DNA of 63,206 nucleotides, counting the filler, from Choristocarpus tenellus KU-1152 (taxonomy: Eukaryota; Protista; Phaeophyceae), in NCBI GenBank assembly GCA_964200185.2. It is 9 parts of 9 records of this genome, joined end to end, with 100 filler letters (N's around TTAATTAATTAA, not from the genome) between each part and the next. Parts side by side here need not be neighbours in the genome. Positions count along the whole stretch, not along the records: positions 26,480 to 36,102 come from CAXNAD020003524.1; positions 36,203 to 42,212 come from CAXNAD020009177.1; positions 42,313 to 51,857 come from CAXNAD020003592.1; 6 more parts are not named here. One strand, given 5' to 3'. The notes beneath the pieces were generated by a model. The model was not told the DNA's origin, did not search any database, and was given only the letters and a program-made list of their open reading frames with translations. A program made the translations under genes and the position numbers. Numbering within the stretch: position 1 is the first letter of the stretch; each line of letters opens with the position of its first letter. Of this stretch, positions 35,560 through 49,150 are shown piece after piece.

Positions 35560-35843
35560 AGCTAGTGGAAGCATTTTTTGTCACACTGCAAATAAGGCTG
35601 GTGAGAAAGACGGGTGTGAACTGCCAGGAAACCAGAGTGAGACACAGGATGGTGACGATGGTGATGGCGGTGGAGGTGCAAGTCTTCCTCCACCTCCCTT
35701 TGTTGAAGTGACACTGCAATTTTTTGAATTGTAGGCGAAGGTGGAAGACAGGAGTAGATAGGGCCTGCACATTGCTGCACAGGGAAAAATAGAGTTCTTG
35801 AGTGCTTTCCTTCGAGACCTTTGATGCAAACACACCCAGATAC
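35560..35843 (+). pseudogene. Possible second pogo-like transposase C-terminal relic
   Basis: Frameshifted PPPFVEVTLQFFEL*AKVED..LLHR.KIEFLSA..TQI resembles the 15235-15336 peptide LLQKAKVEWIKA..GDI. Confidence 0.33.
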
Positions 35844-36098
35844 GAGTGAAAGTATCTTAGAGGGTACGAGTTTTTTCCTGTTTCTCCATTTAAGCCTTGA
35901 CTTCCCACAGGTTTTTAATGACAAATTACCTACTCCAAAGTGGTTCGGAGTAGGAAAATGTATGTTAGGAAAAGGAGTGTCCGTAACAAGATATTGACAT
36001 CTCCTTACAAACATGATAGCCAAAATTACATCAAAATTGCAACTTTGGATTTTGGCCCCCAAATGGACGCGACTCTACCCTCTAATATACTTTGACCT
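35844..36098 (+). mobile_element. MITE family A
   Basis: Both TIRs present. Confidence 0.88.
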
Positions 36099-36756
36099 AT
36101 GCNNNNNNNNNNNNNNNNNNNNNNNNNNNNNNNNNNNNNNNNNNNNTTAATTAATTAANNNNNNNNNNNNNNNNNNNNNNNNNNNNNNNNNNNNNNNNNN
36201 NNACGCCCCCTCACAAACCACCCCCCCCCAGATACTTTGATCCTCAACGGGGACAGCCGATCCATCCACGCAAGGAAGGAGCAAGGCAAAAGAACTGAGG
36301 CGATGACATCAGCGGTACAGCAAAGAGTCGGTTGAAGTAGGCATCGTAGCATGAGAGGCATCAACACACTAGAGCGGCAAAGTTACACCTCTGACCACGG
36401 GGTGGGATGTATGCCCCGGATTGAACTAACGGAACAACGACAACGCAGCGACAACATCAATAATAATAATAATAATAAAATGAATTAAAAAAAGAACAAG
36501 ACCGGCACATCTCATTCGCTCTGAAAAAGAGAACAAAACAAACAAACAAACAAACAAACAAATAAAACAAAAAAAAAGGTCCATATTCAGGTTACGGCAT
36601 ATACCTTACTCGGACAAAATCGGACCAAATGGTGCAGCGAGGTACACGCACAGAACGCTCCGTGCCCCGGCCCCGGCCCCACAGCAGGGCATACGCTCTC
36701 AAACAAACACCTTCTACGCTTGTTCTACACACAGCTAAAGACTCCTTGAAAAAAAA

Positions 36757-36791
<35 letters not shown>

Positions 36792-39700
36792 ACATAATAC
36801 ATAATATATATATATATATATTCTCCATGTACTGTTTCATTTCCTAGCGATAACTGATGTTTTCCACAAAGACCGGTGGCGTTTACCATCGTACAATCCG
36901 AGTCAGTTTCAAATCGGCGAGACGCCCCTTCGGATTAACGTAAACATCGCCTTCCTGTGTGAGCATTGAACAACAACCGGCAACCACAACAAAAAGGCAC
37001 TACGACGGGGAGGATTCAGGACGACCACGGTGTTAAGGAATATTCGCTACTCTCAAATCAAAACATCTAAAGCCTCTCACCGAGGCCATCAACGCCCTTA
37101 ACATCCATCTTTCAACTTCACACTCAACAGCACTTGGCACGAAAAGACTCCCGCATTTCGGGATGGAAACATTGGCTTGCGTTAACCCTAATCCTAACCC
37201 TAACCCTAACCCTAACTCATAAAACGTAGGGTTACGGTAAAACCCTCGTTCCAACACCAAGGTGTACCTCAGATGTGACCGACAGATTAGACGGAAGCCT
37301 CAAGATGACCTCATACGCAAATTGCGTACCCTCCACGGTCACAAGAGATATATACCTTTTCGTAGCGTGAGGTATCTAGAAAGGAATACCCAGGATGGTA
37401 CATGTTCCTAATCAATGTTCCTAATCAATGTTCCTAATCAACCAGCGCACCTCGTAGCACACCTGCTTCCACCCAGTGTCATTCCACTATCTTCCTCAAT
37501 AAGGAAGGGTACACCCACACTTTGGTGCAATCGCCTGCACGAGTAACATTCTCTCACACTCTCGAGTGTATCTCAAGAGTCCACAAAACTCAGTGCGTTA
37601 CATACAAGCACACCTGACAGACAGGTGTGCCTCTCTCCCTTTCTCGTTCAGAGGGCAACACAGCCGAGGTCAGTTCAAACGCACAATCTACCGGTCGCAA
37701 AGGGGACGACCACACACTCCAGGCCAGAACAACTACACCTTTTCAGAGCAAAACACTTGAGTGTCACCACGAAGAGACCAACAAGATATTCAAATCAAAC
37801 GATACAATTGATCTAGACGAGGTGTATGATGACAAATCCTTCAGCTTGCTTTAATAATCCTTCAACTTGCTTAAGAAATGACAGGGGAGGTGATCACTAA
37901 CGACAACCAAGCCCACCAAACCTGATTATCGCTACTGCTGAAGGTAAGGGATAGGGTTCACCATATACTGCTCAGGCGTTCTTATGTCTCAGTTTGCACC
38001 GTAGATACCCCCATCTTCTTTACACCCCTCCTTCATAATCCATACATCAAACAGAAATTGACCTATGCCCTAGGGTACAGAATCGCCATCCAGGGCTTGA
38101 GCAAAACCATCACCTCATCTCTTGTACTCACTCTTTGCGAGTAACGCAGCGAGTGCTCTGGCAAGCAATTCATTTGCAAGACCCTGTCACACTACACCAC
38201 ATGTTACCTCACGTCTTCTGTCAGGTGGGTGAATAGCTCCCTGCCCTAACGCATGCTTGCTCAAAAGAGAAGGTGTGCTCCGATGCGCTTCATAAAAAAC
38301 TGCCAAGGTAATGATACAAATTCCTATTTTCTATGTCGAAAAAGGATCAATGTGGTACTTCAACAATGGCATGCTCTTCCATTGCTCTACTAGAATGACA
38401 AAAAATACTACGACCTTCTACCAGTAATATATGTGCAAATTGTTTTGTCAGATATGAAGCAACAATTTGTGGTTGCGGTATTGAGTCCACCCAATGCTCC
38501 CCACTTGTTGCCATGTTTATCATTGTTATTATTATTATTAATCTGTGGGTCTAGGAAGAACAAAAAGGCCCCTTCCCTAATAATAAATGGCAAATAGCAG
38601 CACCTCCATAGGGTTGAGGTTGCAGTACGAGCAGACGAGCGACAGGGTCACGGTCGTTGGAAGTTGCAAGACCATCGCACCTTTACCTGACTATCCTAGC
38701 GCCAGGAAAAGAAGCACTACCAAGTACCACTTTGGCAATTCCTCCCTTGAGTGGTTAAACAGGGTGCATGGATTGACGCTCACGGGCTGGCATCATTGCC
38801 TATTTGCCTTCAAGAACCACGACAAATTGAATGTAGTACGGCAAGTGGTGCTCAGCCAGGGATTCTGAGGGTATCAGATTGCGCAATTAGATAATTGCCA
38901 CCTCAGAGCAGCGTCTAAAAACAACCCTGCAGAATTCCCAACGGGCGAGGTAGATGTTGCGATATCATGTGTTGCACAAAAATACTTCTACATTGAAGTG
39001 CACTCCAGACATGCGCATGTACACAATTCATACGCATGTTTTGGGAGGATGCTCTCGCTATGCTTTCGAGTAAGAGAAAATACCGCACGTGGAAACAAGT
39101 TGCAGACCGAGTCAACTGTAGTAAAGCGGAATCAAACTCATAAGTGCACAAGCAAACACCCTTCCTCTACCCACAATGGTGTCTATGTTCGCCAAGGGTG
39201 TATGATTTCAACCTCAGCTGCGTATTCTTCTTAACCATGCACCCGCAACTTCGTTTGCTCTGTTAACCACTACAAGGCTCAACACTTTCCTCGGCGCACT
39301 TCACATGTTACTTCAAATCATAGGTACGAATGCATGGAGCTCACCAACGGATTCCTGCCTTCCTCACCTTGAGGCCTCATTGCAAGCCGTCTAGGGTCCA
39401 ATCGATCCATATCTCCCCCATCTTTCTCAGTATCCAGGCCAAGCGAAGCTGTGAGGAAGGCGAGGTCTCTGCTTGCAGCCTTGATCATCATGCCCAGTAA
39501 GGAGGGACGAGAGAGATTTGTTCTCGTAGATGTTCAATCACCACTCCTTCTTCCACCCCCACGCCTCTCCCAGTAACTTTTCCTCTTTTTCAAAATTATT
39601 ATCTCTTGACCTTTGCTCCTATACACAGGCTCCCTCCCTATCTCTCCCCCTCCCCCAACCTAAATAGTGTATTGTTGGAGAAAGGGGGGAGTGGTTCAGC

Positions 39701-40110
39701 AGCTGAGGTTGCGTTTGTTGGTAACCTCACTCCAATCGAAGATGCTTTCCCTTCATCCCAAAGGGATATTGGCCACGACGGTACTTCGATCCCTCACAAA
39801 AACCCTTGAGTCACTCAACTAGGGAACCTCTCCCCTTGGTTGGCAGGGGATAAGGTCTCATAGTTGATGAAGTTGTTGTGGTTGTATCGAACCGCCTGCG
39901 ATGGTGTAAAAAATAGTATCCTTTCATTTGGTGTTGACGTCGTCCTCTCGTGTGAACTAAATCGTTTTGAGTTTTGGGTCTGTTCTGCATCCTCACTCCT
40001 GGAGGAAGTGCTGAAATATCATACATTCATTCGTGTAGTACCACCACGAAGGTGTAATCTATTCGCGTGTACGGCCCTATCTCGTGGGTGGGCGTTCGGA
40101 GTCGAGCATC

Positions 40111-40694
40111 ATGGGTACCCCCCGACGTCGCCGTCGATTGACTCGATGCATTCCGCCTACTCTAATGGTCGCAGCTTCCCTTGGGGTGCTGAAGGAGAAC
40201 GCAAGTGCGCTAGGATATGCAATAGGGCCTAGGGTATCTTCTAAATCGCCGTCGCTACGTCAAAAGCTCTTGTCCCATGCACAAAGCAACACGCACTTGC
40301 GACTATTCATGGTTGAAGATAATATCTCACAGGACGGGAAGGTGAACATAAACTCAAGTCGGGGGTGTCGAATGGTGGAAAATACCCCATCTTCTCCAGC
40401 AGGGGATGGGATTGTGGCAGCGGGATCAGCGGTGGCCCAGCTTGGGACGGCGGTGGTTGGCATGGCCTCGGGACTTGATGAAGTACTGTTTTTGGATGAG
40501 GGGAGGGTGCTGCGGACGTTGAGGGCAGAGGATGTACAAGATGTAGTCGCCCTAGCATTCGAAGAATTTGGTGATGAAATTGATGATGAAACTGATGGGA
40601 GGGAAGCTGAGGGAGAGGGGAGGCTGTCACTAGCGGCTGAGGCAATTAGACTTGGAGATCCGAACAAGAGTGAGGTCGACGTGTCACTTGATTG
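40111..40694 (+). CDS. Probable first exon of a gene with an N-terminal targeting-like extension; its end weakly resembles the start of a GNAT acetyltransferase
   Basis: ATG at 40111, open frame to a TG|GTAAGT donor. VLRTLRAEDVQDVVALAFEEF looks like GNAT beta1-alpha1, but this is weak evidence. Confidence 0.5.
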
Positions 40695-42312
40695 GTAAGT
40701 AGCCCGAACTCAATATACTTCAGTGTGGAATGGGTAGTGCAGCTCTGCAATAACGCTTACCTGCATGTATTAGTGCTATCCATGCCCCGCTTAAAGAATT
40801 GATACTCGTTGGAAGCAAAGAAGTCATTACTTTCATGTGTACTGGAATTGAGGGTAACATAGTCAAGACTTGGGCATACGCTTTTCTTCGACAAAAGCAG
40901 ATATTGTAAGTCCGTATGTATGTCTGTATGTATGTCGGCGCGAGTACCGTAGAGCCCTCGTGTGTAGTGTGGGGATGTGTGACATGCACTCAATGTAACT
41001 CCATACCAACATTTTCATTTCTACTTTCTGGTTGAGTATTAGAGCTCCTACCGCTCGTGTCGCCCTCCAGACCTTTTTTTTTCATTAATGAATGTTTACA
41101 CTTTCGACATACAATCAATGAAGACAGTAGTATACAACATTGTGTTGTGTGGGCGACTGTGTGTGAATCGGGTTGGGCATTGCCTGGCAGTCATGTCAAC
41201 TCTTTGGGACCTGTTGCACAAAGCCCACCGTGTGAATGTTAGCATGTTTGGAATGATTTTATCTTCTACCCCAACCCTAACTCCATTAAAGTATATTTAG
41301 TAACATCATGTTTATGTTACTACATGACAAGAATGCCTCTTAGACAATACAAGAACCAGGGAAGAAAATGCACGTAGTTGCTCGGGGATGTTTGGTCTTG
41401 TTTCTTTGTCAAAAGCACACTAATAAAAATAAAACTTTAAACAAAAACAACACAGCCCAGTGCTACTGTAGCATTCAAGGATTAAGTGTGTGTGTGTCCC
41501 AACACTCACATCAATTTCAATTGAGTGCTTGGCACATGTGCTTGTGTGTACATGACATGTTAGCATAGGCATTTCAAGTAAATGCCCTTGGTGCTGACAC
41601 GGTGTGTGATCCACGCAAGCACGAGGTCATTTTTTGAAAAATTCTCAGAACAACATTTCAACTCGACTACACATTATATTTTTGAGAACCTTCGTACTGT
41701 AAGTAAGAGATGTTCAATACTTTATCGATAATCTTATTTGCAGAACAATGCAAAGCGTTTTGAAATGGTCTAGGGACAAGGTATTGGGATGGAATGAAGT
41801 GTCGTTTGATTAAATTTCTTTTCATGTGCGTGTTTTGCACGTTAGGATGAAGGGATCCCACCCCCACACGATGTTCGTGTTCTTGCTGGGTATGTTTATT
41901 TTTTATTTCTTTGAGACATGCGATAATGGGAAGTTTTCTTTTTTACTTGTCCAATCCCTCACCATCCCCTTCTTTTTTCATTTAAATCTATGGTGGCCCA
42001 ATTGAACTGTGTTGCTCATACCTGCAAACATTTTGTTAGTTCAAACCCCGTCAGCGTGAGGGGGTTTTTTGTGGAAACATATTTTTTTTTAGGTATAGTA
42101 GAAGGGAGCTCGGAGGGGGGGGGGGGGGGGGGGGGATTTGATTATGTTTCCAGAGTTGTTGGTGGCTCCCCTTTTAAAAATACCTTCTAAAATTTTATTG
42201 GAGGGGGGGGTTNNNNNNNNNNNNNNNNNNNNNNNNNNNNNNNNNNNNNNNNNNNNTTAATTAATTAANNNNNNNNNNNNNNNNNNNNNNNNNNNNNNNN
42301 NNNNNNNNNNNN

Positions 42313-42479
42313 CTAGGGGGGGGTGGCGGCTGTCCATTTGGGGTCAATTTTTTCATGTCGCGATTTTTGGGTGATTTGGCTGCATACTTCGGATGGATAA
42401 TGTAAATGTACTTTTCCTGATTTGGGGTCAAATGGACACCCTGGTGTAGACCCCTTCCCCCCCCCAGATACTTTTACCC
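42313..42479 (-). mobile_element. MITE family B, nearly complete (fragments also at 15098-15132, 21783-21809, 36203-36243, ~56445-56480, 59410-59442, 59543-59572)
   Basis: Reverse-complement match to 12945-13128; ends cccccagatacttttaccc. Confidence 0.82.
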
Positions 42480-42480
42480 A

Positions 42481-43700
42481 ACTTCATGTCCAAAATAGTG
42501 GATTTGCTTTGAGTCAAATTGAACCTTGGATGGCTTTAACATAACCCCCACAGTTTATAAGATTGACAGTACCATAGTGACTATGGTGTGCCCAAGATGG
42601 AGAGGTCAAAACTATCTTGTCTAAATATACCCAAAACCCAGAGCTAGGACCAATAGTAGAAAAGGTTTCAGACATGAAGCGTTCAAAGATCCATGGTGCA
42701 TTTTGTACTCGAAACAGTAACCTCTGAAACTCATATTTCCCATCTGGTGAGATGAATGCAGTTTTTGGTAGTTTGCATTCCTCAGTTATAGCTAGTTGCC
42801 AGCAGGCTGATTGGATGTCTAGACAAGATAAATATTTTGAAAACCCCCAAGGTAGATAAACACTCTTCCATAGATGGCGAAAGCCATGAGTTACGTAACA
42901 AATGTTTATTAATGGTACATCTGAAATTCACACAGATACAGGGGGATCCATCAGGTTTTGCGATAATGGTAACAGGGGATGCCCATGGCTAGATGAGGGT
43001 TTCAACGCCCTGTTCTTTTCCATATCAGTTACACATTGATGAGTGGTGTCATGTATTTTTGGTGCTGCGTGTTACAATGGTCTACTAACCGCTTTAGTGT
43101 CTGGTTGTAGTTGAAAGTCAACAGAAGTAGTGGTGCAACAACTTAATTCACTTTCTGATAATAAAAAGACTGATCTAAATTCAGTCATACTACCTGGCGA
43201 TTCCTCTTGTTCAGAACACGTCAGTTGTGTACTTGCAAATGCCTTCTTAGAAAAACCTTCAAATCGTCCCTAGCTTTTTTCAGTTCTTCGGGATTAGAGG
43301 ATTTAGCTGCGACTGGAATTGTGGCATCATCTGAAAGGGAATGCGTGGTTGACACTGAGGGGAGATATGAACAACTACAAAATTTGCTGGTAGCTTAATC
43401 CCTTCTTGAAATAATTGGGAATTTTGACTAAACATCCTCCATCTTTTCCCCAAACAGTGAGGGCTCGACTGACCACAATCTGTTGCCTGTGGAAATATAT
43501 GTCTTCCTCTTGCTGAAGGCCTGTCCCAGTATAATTGATAGGTTCCACCACTGCATCAGCAGCCGTTCCTCTGAGTGCCTGGGAACACACTGGGACAAAG
43601 GTTTCCGTGCCAGTGGGAAGGCACATCTTTTTTTCGACGTGCACTGGTGTAGTGAATTCAGGTGTGATCACTGAAATTGAAATATGAGGAAATGGATTAC
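42481..43700 (-). pseudogene. Ty3/Gypsy LTR-retrotransposon pol relic (reverse transcriptase)
   Basis: Manual translation of ~42481-42990: PWASPVTIIAKPDGSPCICVNFR..SKYLSCLDIQSACWQ..KTAFISPDGKYEFQRLLFRVQNAPWIFERFM..VYLDK..LKPSKVQFDSKQIHYFGHEV. The YxDD motif has decayed to YLDK. The upstream limit is approximate. Confidence 0.9.
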
Positions 43701-43765
43701 CAGCCTGGCAAAAATGTCTTGAGGGGGAACAGATGGGAACTAGTATAATCTTGTGAGTTAGTTTT

Positions 43766-44022
43766 GAGTTAAAGCATCTTAGAGGGTACGAATTTTACCC
43801 TTTTTGTCCATTTGGGGCTTGGCTTCCCACAGGTTACTAATGACATTGTACCTACTCCAAAATGTTTTGGAGTAGGTATAATGTATACGTTATGAACCGA
43901 GTGTCCAGACAAGGATATTGACATCTCTTAACAAATATGATAGCCAAGATTACATCAAAATTGCAACAATGGATTTTGGTCTCCAAATAGACGCGGCTCT
44001 ACCCTCTAAGATACTTTGACTC
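43766..44022 (+). mobile_element. MITE family A, TSD TTT
   Basis: Both TIRs present; TTT on both sides. Confidence 0.9.
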
Positions 44023-44069
44023 TTTTATTCAATTTTCACTGCAACTCGGTTACATATAAATGCCTGTCC

Positions 44070-44792
44070 AGGCAGTTGTCATGCCTATCTTGGGAGTAGA
44101 TCTTGATCATTTATTAGATACCAGCATCATGTCAGCTTTTGGGGTAGTTCTAGATGGGATATGGAGGAATTGTCAAGACAGTGATATATGCATTCCAGGG
44201 AACAGATAGGGGTCTACCACCCGTCCTTTAATAATTAGATCGCAGATGTCATGCCTAACTTAGGAGTAGATCATTTTATTGGATACCAGCATCATCTCAG
44301 CCTTTGGTGCAGTACTATTATGCATTCCAGTGAACAGATAGGGGTCTACCACCCGTCCTTTAAAATTTAGATCGCAGTTGTCATGCCTAACTTGGGAGTA
44401 GATCATTTTATTGGTTAACAGCATCATGTCAGCCTTTGTTGCAGTACTATTATGCATTCCAGTGAACAGATAGGGGTCTACCACCCGTCCTTTTACATTT
44501 AGATTGCAGTTGTCATGCCTAACTTGGGAGTAGATCATTTTATTGGATACCAGCATCATGTCAGCCTTTGGTGCAGTACTATTATGCATTCCAGTGAACA
44601 GATAGGGGTCTACCACCCGTCCTTTTACATTTAGATTGCAGTTGTCATGCCTAACTTGGGAGTAGATCATTTTATTGGATACCAGCATCATGCTAGCTTT
44701 TGGGGCAATACTAGATGGGATAAGGAGGAATTGTCAAGACAGTAATACATGCATTCCAGTGAACAGATAGAGGTCTATCACCCGTCCTTTTA
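44070..44792. repeat. 120-bp tandem repeat, ~5.5 units
   Basis: gcagttgtcatgcctaacttgggagtagatcattttattggataccagcatcatgtcagcc..gaacagatagggggtctaccacccgtcc is repeated and gives 40-aa repeats in ORF 44260-44691. Confidence 0.93.
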
Positions 44793-45074
44793 TATTCAAA
44801 TCACCTGCTAGAATCTCCCGAATGGGTGCCTTGCAAAGGGTGGGGTGGGTCTGAATGCATCTGGGTGAAGTTGCTGTACTGTCAGTGGCAGCATCAACAG
44901 TAGTGTTCAATAGAGGTTCATTACCTACATACCCAGTAATTTGTATGTGGCAAGATGAAACATTCAGCACGCGAAGGGAGTTAGTTGGATGGCTGATGTG
45001 TGCCACCAGTATGAAAAGTGGAACAGCATATTTGAGGTTGAAATTATTCTTTAGTCATGCCCAAAATAGGTTGT

Positions 45075-46950
45075 GAGGAGCAAGAGATAGACGCAACATC
45101 TTTGCAGCATGTGAAGGAACATGATCTTGGCAGGAGAGAAACGAGATCGCGGGAGAGGATCGGAGAAGTAGAAGCAGGAAGGGAAGCATATATTACGAGG
45201 TGTCAATGCAATGGAGAAGGAACTCAGGCAGGATGAAGGAATGGACAGAAGAATTTTGGTTTTGTGTGGGATGCAAAAGGTGGATTGCAGTGTATCATGA
45301 AGGAGGGTCTGGGATGGGGTAAGAGGAGATGAGGATTTGATGCAGTATGTGATGTATCATGAGTTTGGCGGGGGAGGTATGGGATAGTGGTCGGGAATGG
45401 ATAGGTAGGAGAAGGAAGGGGAAGGATAATTTGTACGAGGTGAGATTCGAATTGTTTTTGAAATTCTGCAGCTTGAGTCAAGGGATGGAGGAGTTGTGAT
45501 TGAGTGAGGAATAGGAAATTTGGATTGAAGTGTGCTGTAAATTAGGGTTTAGGATGGTGTTAGAGACGATGAGGATTGCTTGCAGCATGTGAAGGAGCAT
45601 GATTTCGACAGGAGAGAGTTGGGATAATATAGAGGGACTGGAGAGGTATAGGCAGGAAGGCAACGCATATTGTATGAGGTGGTAATGTTGAAACACTAGA
45701 CACTAGTAAACCCCTGAGCTACCGAGCAGATAGTCAGCCTGACTATCTGCTCGGTAGCTCAGGGGTTTACTAGTGTTTCAACAGGTAATGCAATGGAGAA
45801 GGAACTTGGGCAGCATGAGCGAACAGAGAGGGGAATTGTGGAGTTTGTGTGGGATGGATATGGATATGATGGATTTCAGTGTATCGTGAAGAAGAGTCTG
45901 TGGTGGGGGAAGAGATGATGAATATTGGAAGCAGCGTATGAAGGAACAAGAATTCAGCGGACGAGGTATGGGAGAGTGGGAGTGAATGGAGAGGTAGGTG
46001 CTGGAAGGCAAAGCATATTGTACAAGGTGAGAGTTGATTTGAAATTTCCCTATATATGCGAAGGGAGAGCAGAATTGTGATTTAGTGTGGGATGGAAGAT
46101 GTGTGTTGAATTGTGGCGTAAGGAGTGTCTGGGATGGTGGGAGTGACCATGCGGATTGGATGCAACATGAGAGGGAGTATAAGTTGGGGAGGAGAGAAAT
46201 GGGACCGTAGTAGGGTATTGGAGGAGTACAAGAGGCAAAGCGAATCATATTGTACGAGGTGACAATGCGATGGAGAAGGGATATAGGCAGTATGAGGAAA
46301 TGGAGGGAAGAATTGTGATATTGTGTAGAATGCAAATTAGTGGATTGTATCGTGTCATGAAGAAGGATATGGTATGGGGGAAGATGAGATGAGGATTAAG
46401 TGCAGCATATAAAGGAGCATAAATTTGGCAGGATGTGTATTGGACAGTGGGACAGAATGGAGAGGTTGGAGAAGCAAGGCGAAGCATTGTATGAGGTGGC
46501 AATGCAACGGAGAATGAACTTGGGCAGCATGAGCGAATGGACGGACGCATTTTGGCTTTGCGTGTGATGGAAAAGGTGGATTGCAGTGTATCGTGAAAGA
46601 GGGTCTAGGATAGGCGAAGAGGCAATGAGGACTGGATGCAGGATGTGAAGGATCATGGTTTTTGCAGGAGAGATATGGGACAGTGGGAGGGATGGAGAGG
46701 TAGGAGCAGGAAGGCAAAGTATATTTTATGCGGTATGAGTTGAGTTGATCTTAAAATTCTGAAGCATGGGCAAAGGGTGGGTGGAGTTGTGATTGAGTGA
46801 GGAATAGGAAATTTGGATTGAAGTGTAATGTTAAGGAAGGCTTGGGGTGGTGGAATATGTGACAAGGATTGGTTGCAGCTTATGAAGGAGCATGATTTTG
46901 ACAGGAGAGAACTGGGACCTTGGGAAGGGATCGGTGAGGTAGACGCAGCT
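45075..46950. repeat. Diverged ~238-bp purine-rich tandem repeat, ~8 units
   Basis: A gcagcatgtgaaggagcatgattt-like anchor occurs at ~45104, 45342, 45582, 45930, 46162, 46402, 46638 and 46875. Confidence 0.85.
45686..45783. mobile_element. 98-bp fold-back (perfect hairpin) element, TGT...ACA ends, 5-bp TSD GGTAA
   Basis: 38-bp perfect arms at 45700-45737 and 45739-45776 with a 1-nt loop; GGTAA at 45681-45685 and 45784-45788. Confidence 0.88.
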
Positions 46951-49150
46951 GGCATGGATGAGGATGTGTACGCAAACTTCAGAGAGAGGTTTCAGATGGA
47001 GGCAATGTCCGGACGGATACCCTGTCTGTTGAAATTCGTGAAATGGAGGCCCTTCTACATCCCTAAGGCTATACAAAGGTGTGTCGGGAAACGTAGCAGT
47101 TTAACAGTCCAGGTCATACAAGATAGGAGCACTTAAAGGGTCAAGACATTCCATAGTATCCCCAACCCAAGATTCGTATATTGGTTTACCCCTCGCCCAC
47201 GACAAAACATGCACAACTTCTCTTCCTTCTCTCTTGCACATCGTACAGGACATATATTTGCGTTCACCACATGGCCCGCGTCCTTTTGGTCCAGTGCCTG
47301 AGGGAGAACCGGAACAAAATACACTCGAGGATGATGGTTGGTGATTAAGGGCAACATACTTGCACCTCTCGCTGCGACTTCTTTAAGTGTGGCAAAGGAT
47401 GCAGCTCCAAAGAAGTCAAGGCTGCACTGTAGAATTCTTTCGATATGATGGACTTCCTCCTGCATGTTATGGTACAAAGCTACACCAACCTCCAAAATAC
47501 TTTCAGAACAACAACATATACGACAGATGCCATCCTCTCCCAGCACCAAGATGCAAACCACATAGCTGTTCTCAATTCACGTTTACATGCTGATATATAC
47601 GTGTGCAAATTGCGCCTGGTGTTCATACATTCAATGCAATCTCATATGCAGGTTGATACGTAAAGCAAACGCCACCACTCTTCAAAATCAAATCGCCCAA
47701 GGTGCGAGAGGATCATCCTGGAGCCCCTAAGCGAATAGTCCACAGGTTGTTCAGAAGGTGGTTAGAAGTTCTTGTGTCGATGGTACATGCGAGATGTGCA
47801 ACTGGATAGAGCATTCCATCCGGAAGTGCCCTTGTATGATCAACTCCCACAGGACCAAGGTTATGTGGAATCAGTTTGTCAACATGTACACCCCTGTTGT
47901 GGAGGCGGACCTGGAAGGAAAGACCCTCCACGAGATCAAGGTGTGACGTGTGGCCATGTACAGGAAACCCTATAGCGAGATGTCATATGATTAATCCCCG
48001 CTCTTGTGGTGTCTTAGATACAAGGATCGACATTTGAAATAAAAAGAACCGATACTTCATATGTGATGTCGCCCATTGATACACCATAAACTGTCTTTAC
48101 GCGCCGAAGGCATTGTCCTCTCGTGTTGATCTCATCGTCCCCAACAGCATGATGATGGACGGAATGATCGAGAGGAATAAGGTAAAGTATACCAAGTTCA
48201 GGGCCAACTATCTCCTGACCGACAGCTTCATCCTCGCCACCCGCATGGTGGGAGAGTCTAACTCCAACTCGAGGAGGAGAAGAATCGAGGAGAATGACGA
48301 CGAAGACGACTCAGGGTCTACGGACAAGGAAGGATAACAGGAGGCGAAAGGTGACTCTGCTGCCAGGACCAGAGGAGTGGTCACCACTGCATGCGTAATT
48401 ATGTCTTCGTCCAACAGGACAGAACCCTCCCCCACGAACTCGATATGCACACAGTTGTACCACAGCAACAAGTTAATAGTTGCAATGGGTCACTTATTTC
48501 AAAAATAAACACCAGAATTATTGCCCCCTGTACGATCAGGTGGTATTCCTACGGACAGAGGGATTCCCCATACTCGTTCGTGTCCTCTTCACCAACTTCG
48601 TCCAGAACGTTTTCCTTCATCACAACACCACCATCTGGCAGGCGCAGCAGTACAAAAACTGCAAATCCCGCCTCCCAAAAGGCCACGCTGCCATGTCCAC
48701 GGACTTCAGTTCCCAAACTTCCATACAACCACCAAGACCTGAAACAAAAACTAGTTTTCAATCTAATTCTTGACAGCACTCCTGCCCATAGTTTAGTGGT
48801 CGAGGGACCCGAGGGAAGGGAGAAATCTGGGAAGGGGAAGGATCCGGGCTCACAGCATTTCGATGTGTAGCGAAGAGTTCGTACAGAACGCTGCGGAGAT
48901 GTTTATCTTGAGCCACCTAATAACTTTGGACCGGGAATAAGGACAGAACCTGGATGTCCCCCACACCTGGTCTTCACTAGTCCACGGGCCAACAGCAACT
49001 CTTGATGTTGAGGTACTCCAAGATCTCATGCTACTGCACCAACTGTTCGACCGGCAATGTGGTGACCTGCAATTTTGGAGGGCACCCATGTGCCTTTGTT
49101 GAAGGAGATAGACCTCGGATTTTCCCCAGAGGACCAGGTGGACGACATGT

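Noticed and set aside
35562-36062. 166-aa ORF and similar ORFs (4593-4847, 14016-14321, 25795-26187, 49031-49273) as a protein family
   Set aside because: The shared peptides (YPLRYFHS, NYIKIATLDFGPQ) are chance translations of non-coding MITE A.
37185-37216. (CCCTAA)n tracts (also ~27994-28018) as chromosome ends
   Set aside because: They are short and internal, with ordinary sequence on both sides.
38080-39900. Minus-strand multi-exon gene
   Set aside because: Some exon-like pieces exist, but most contain stops and no recognisable domain, so a model cannot be supported.
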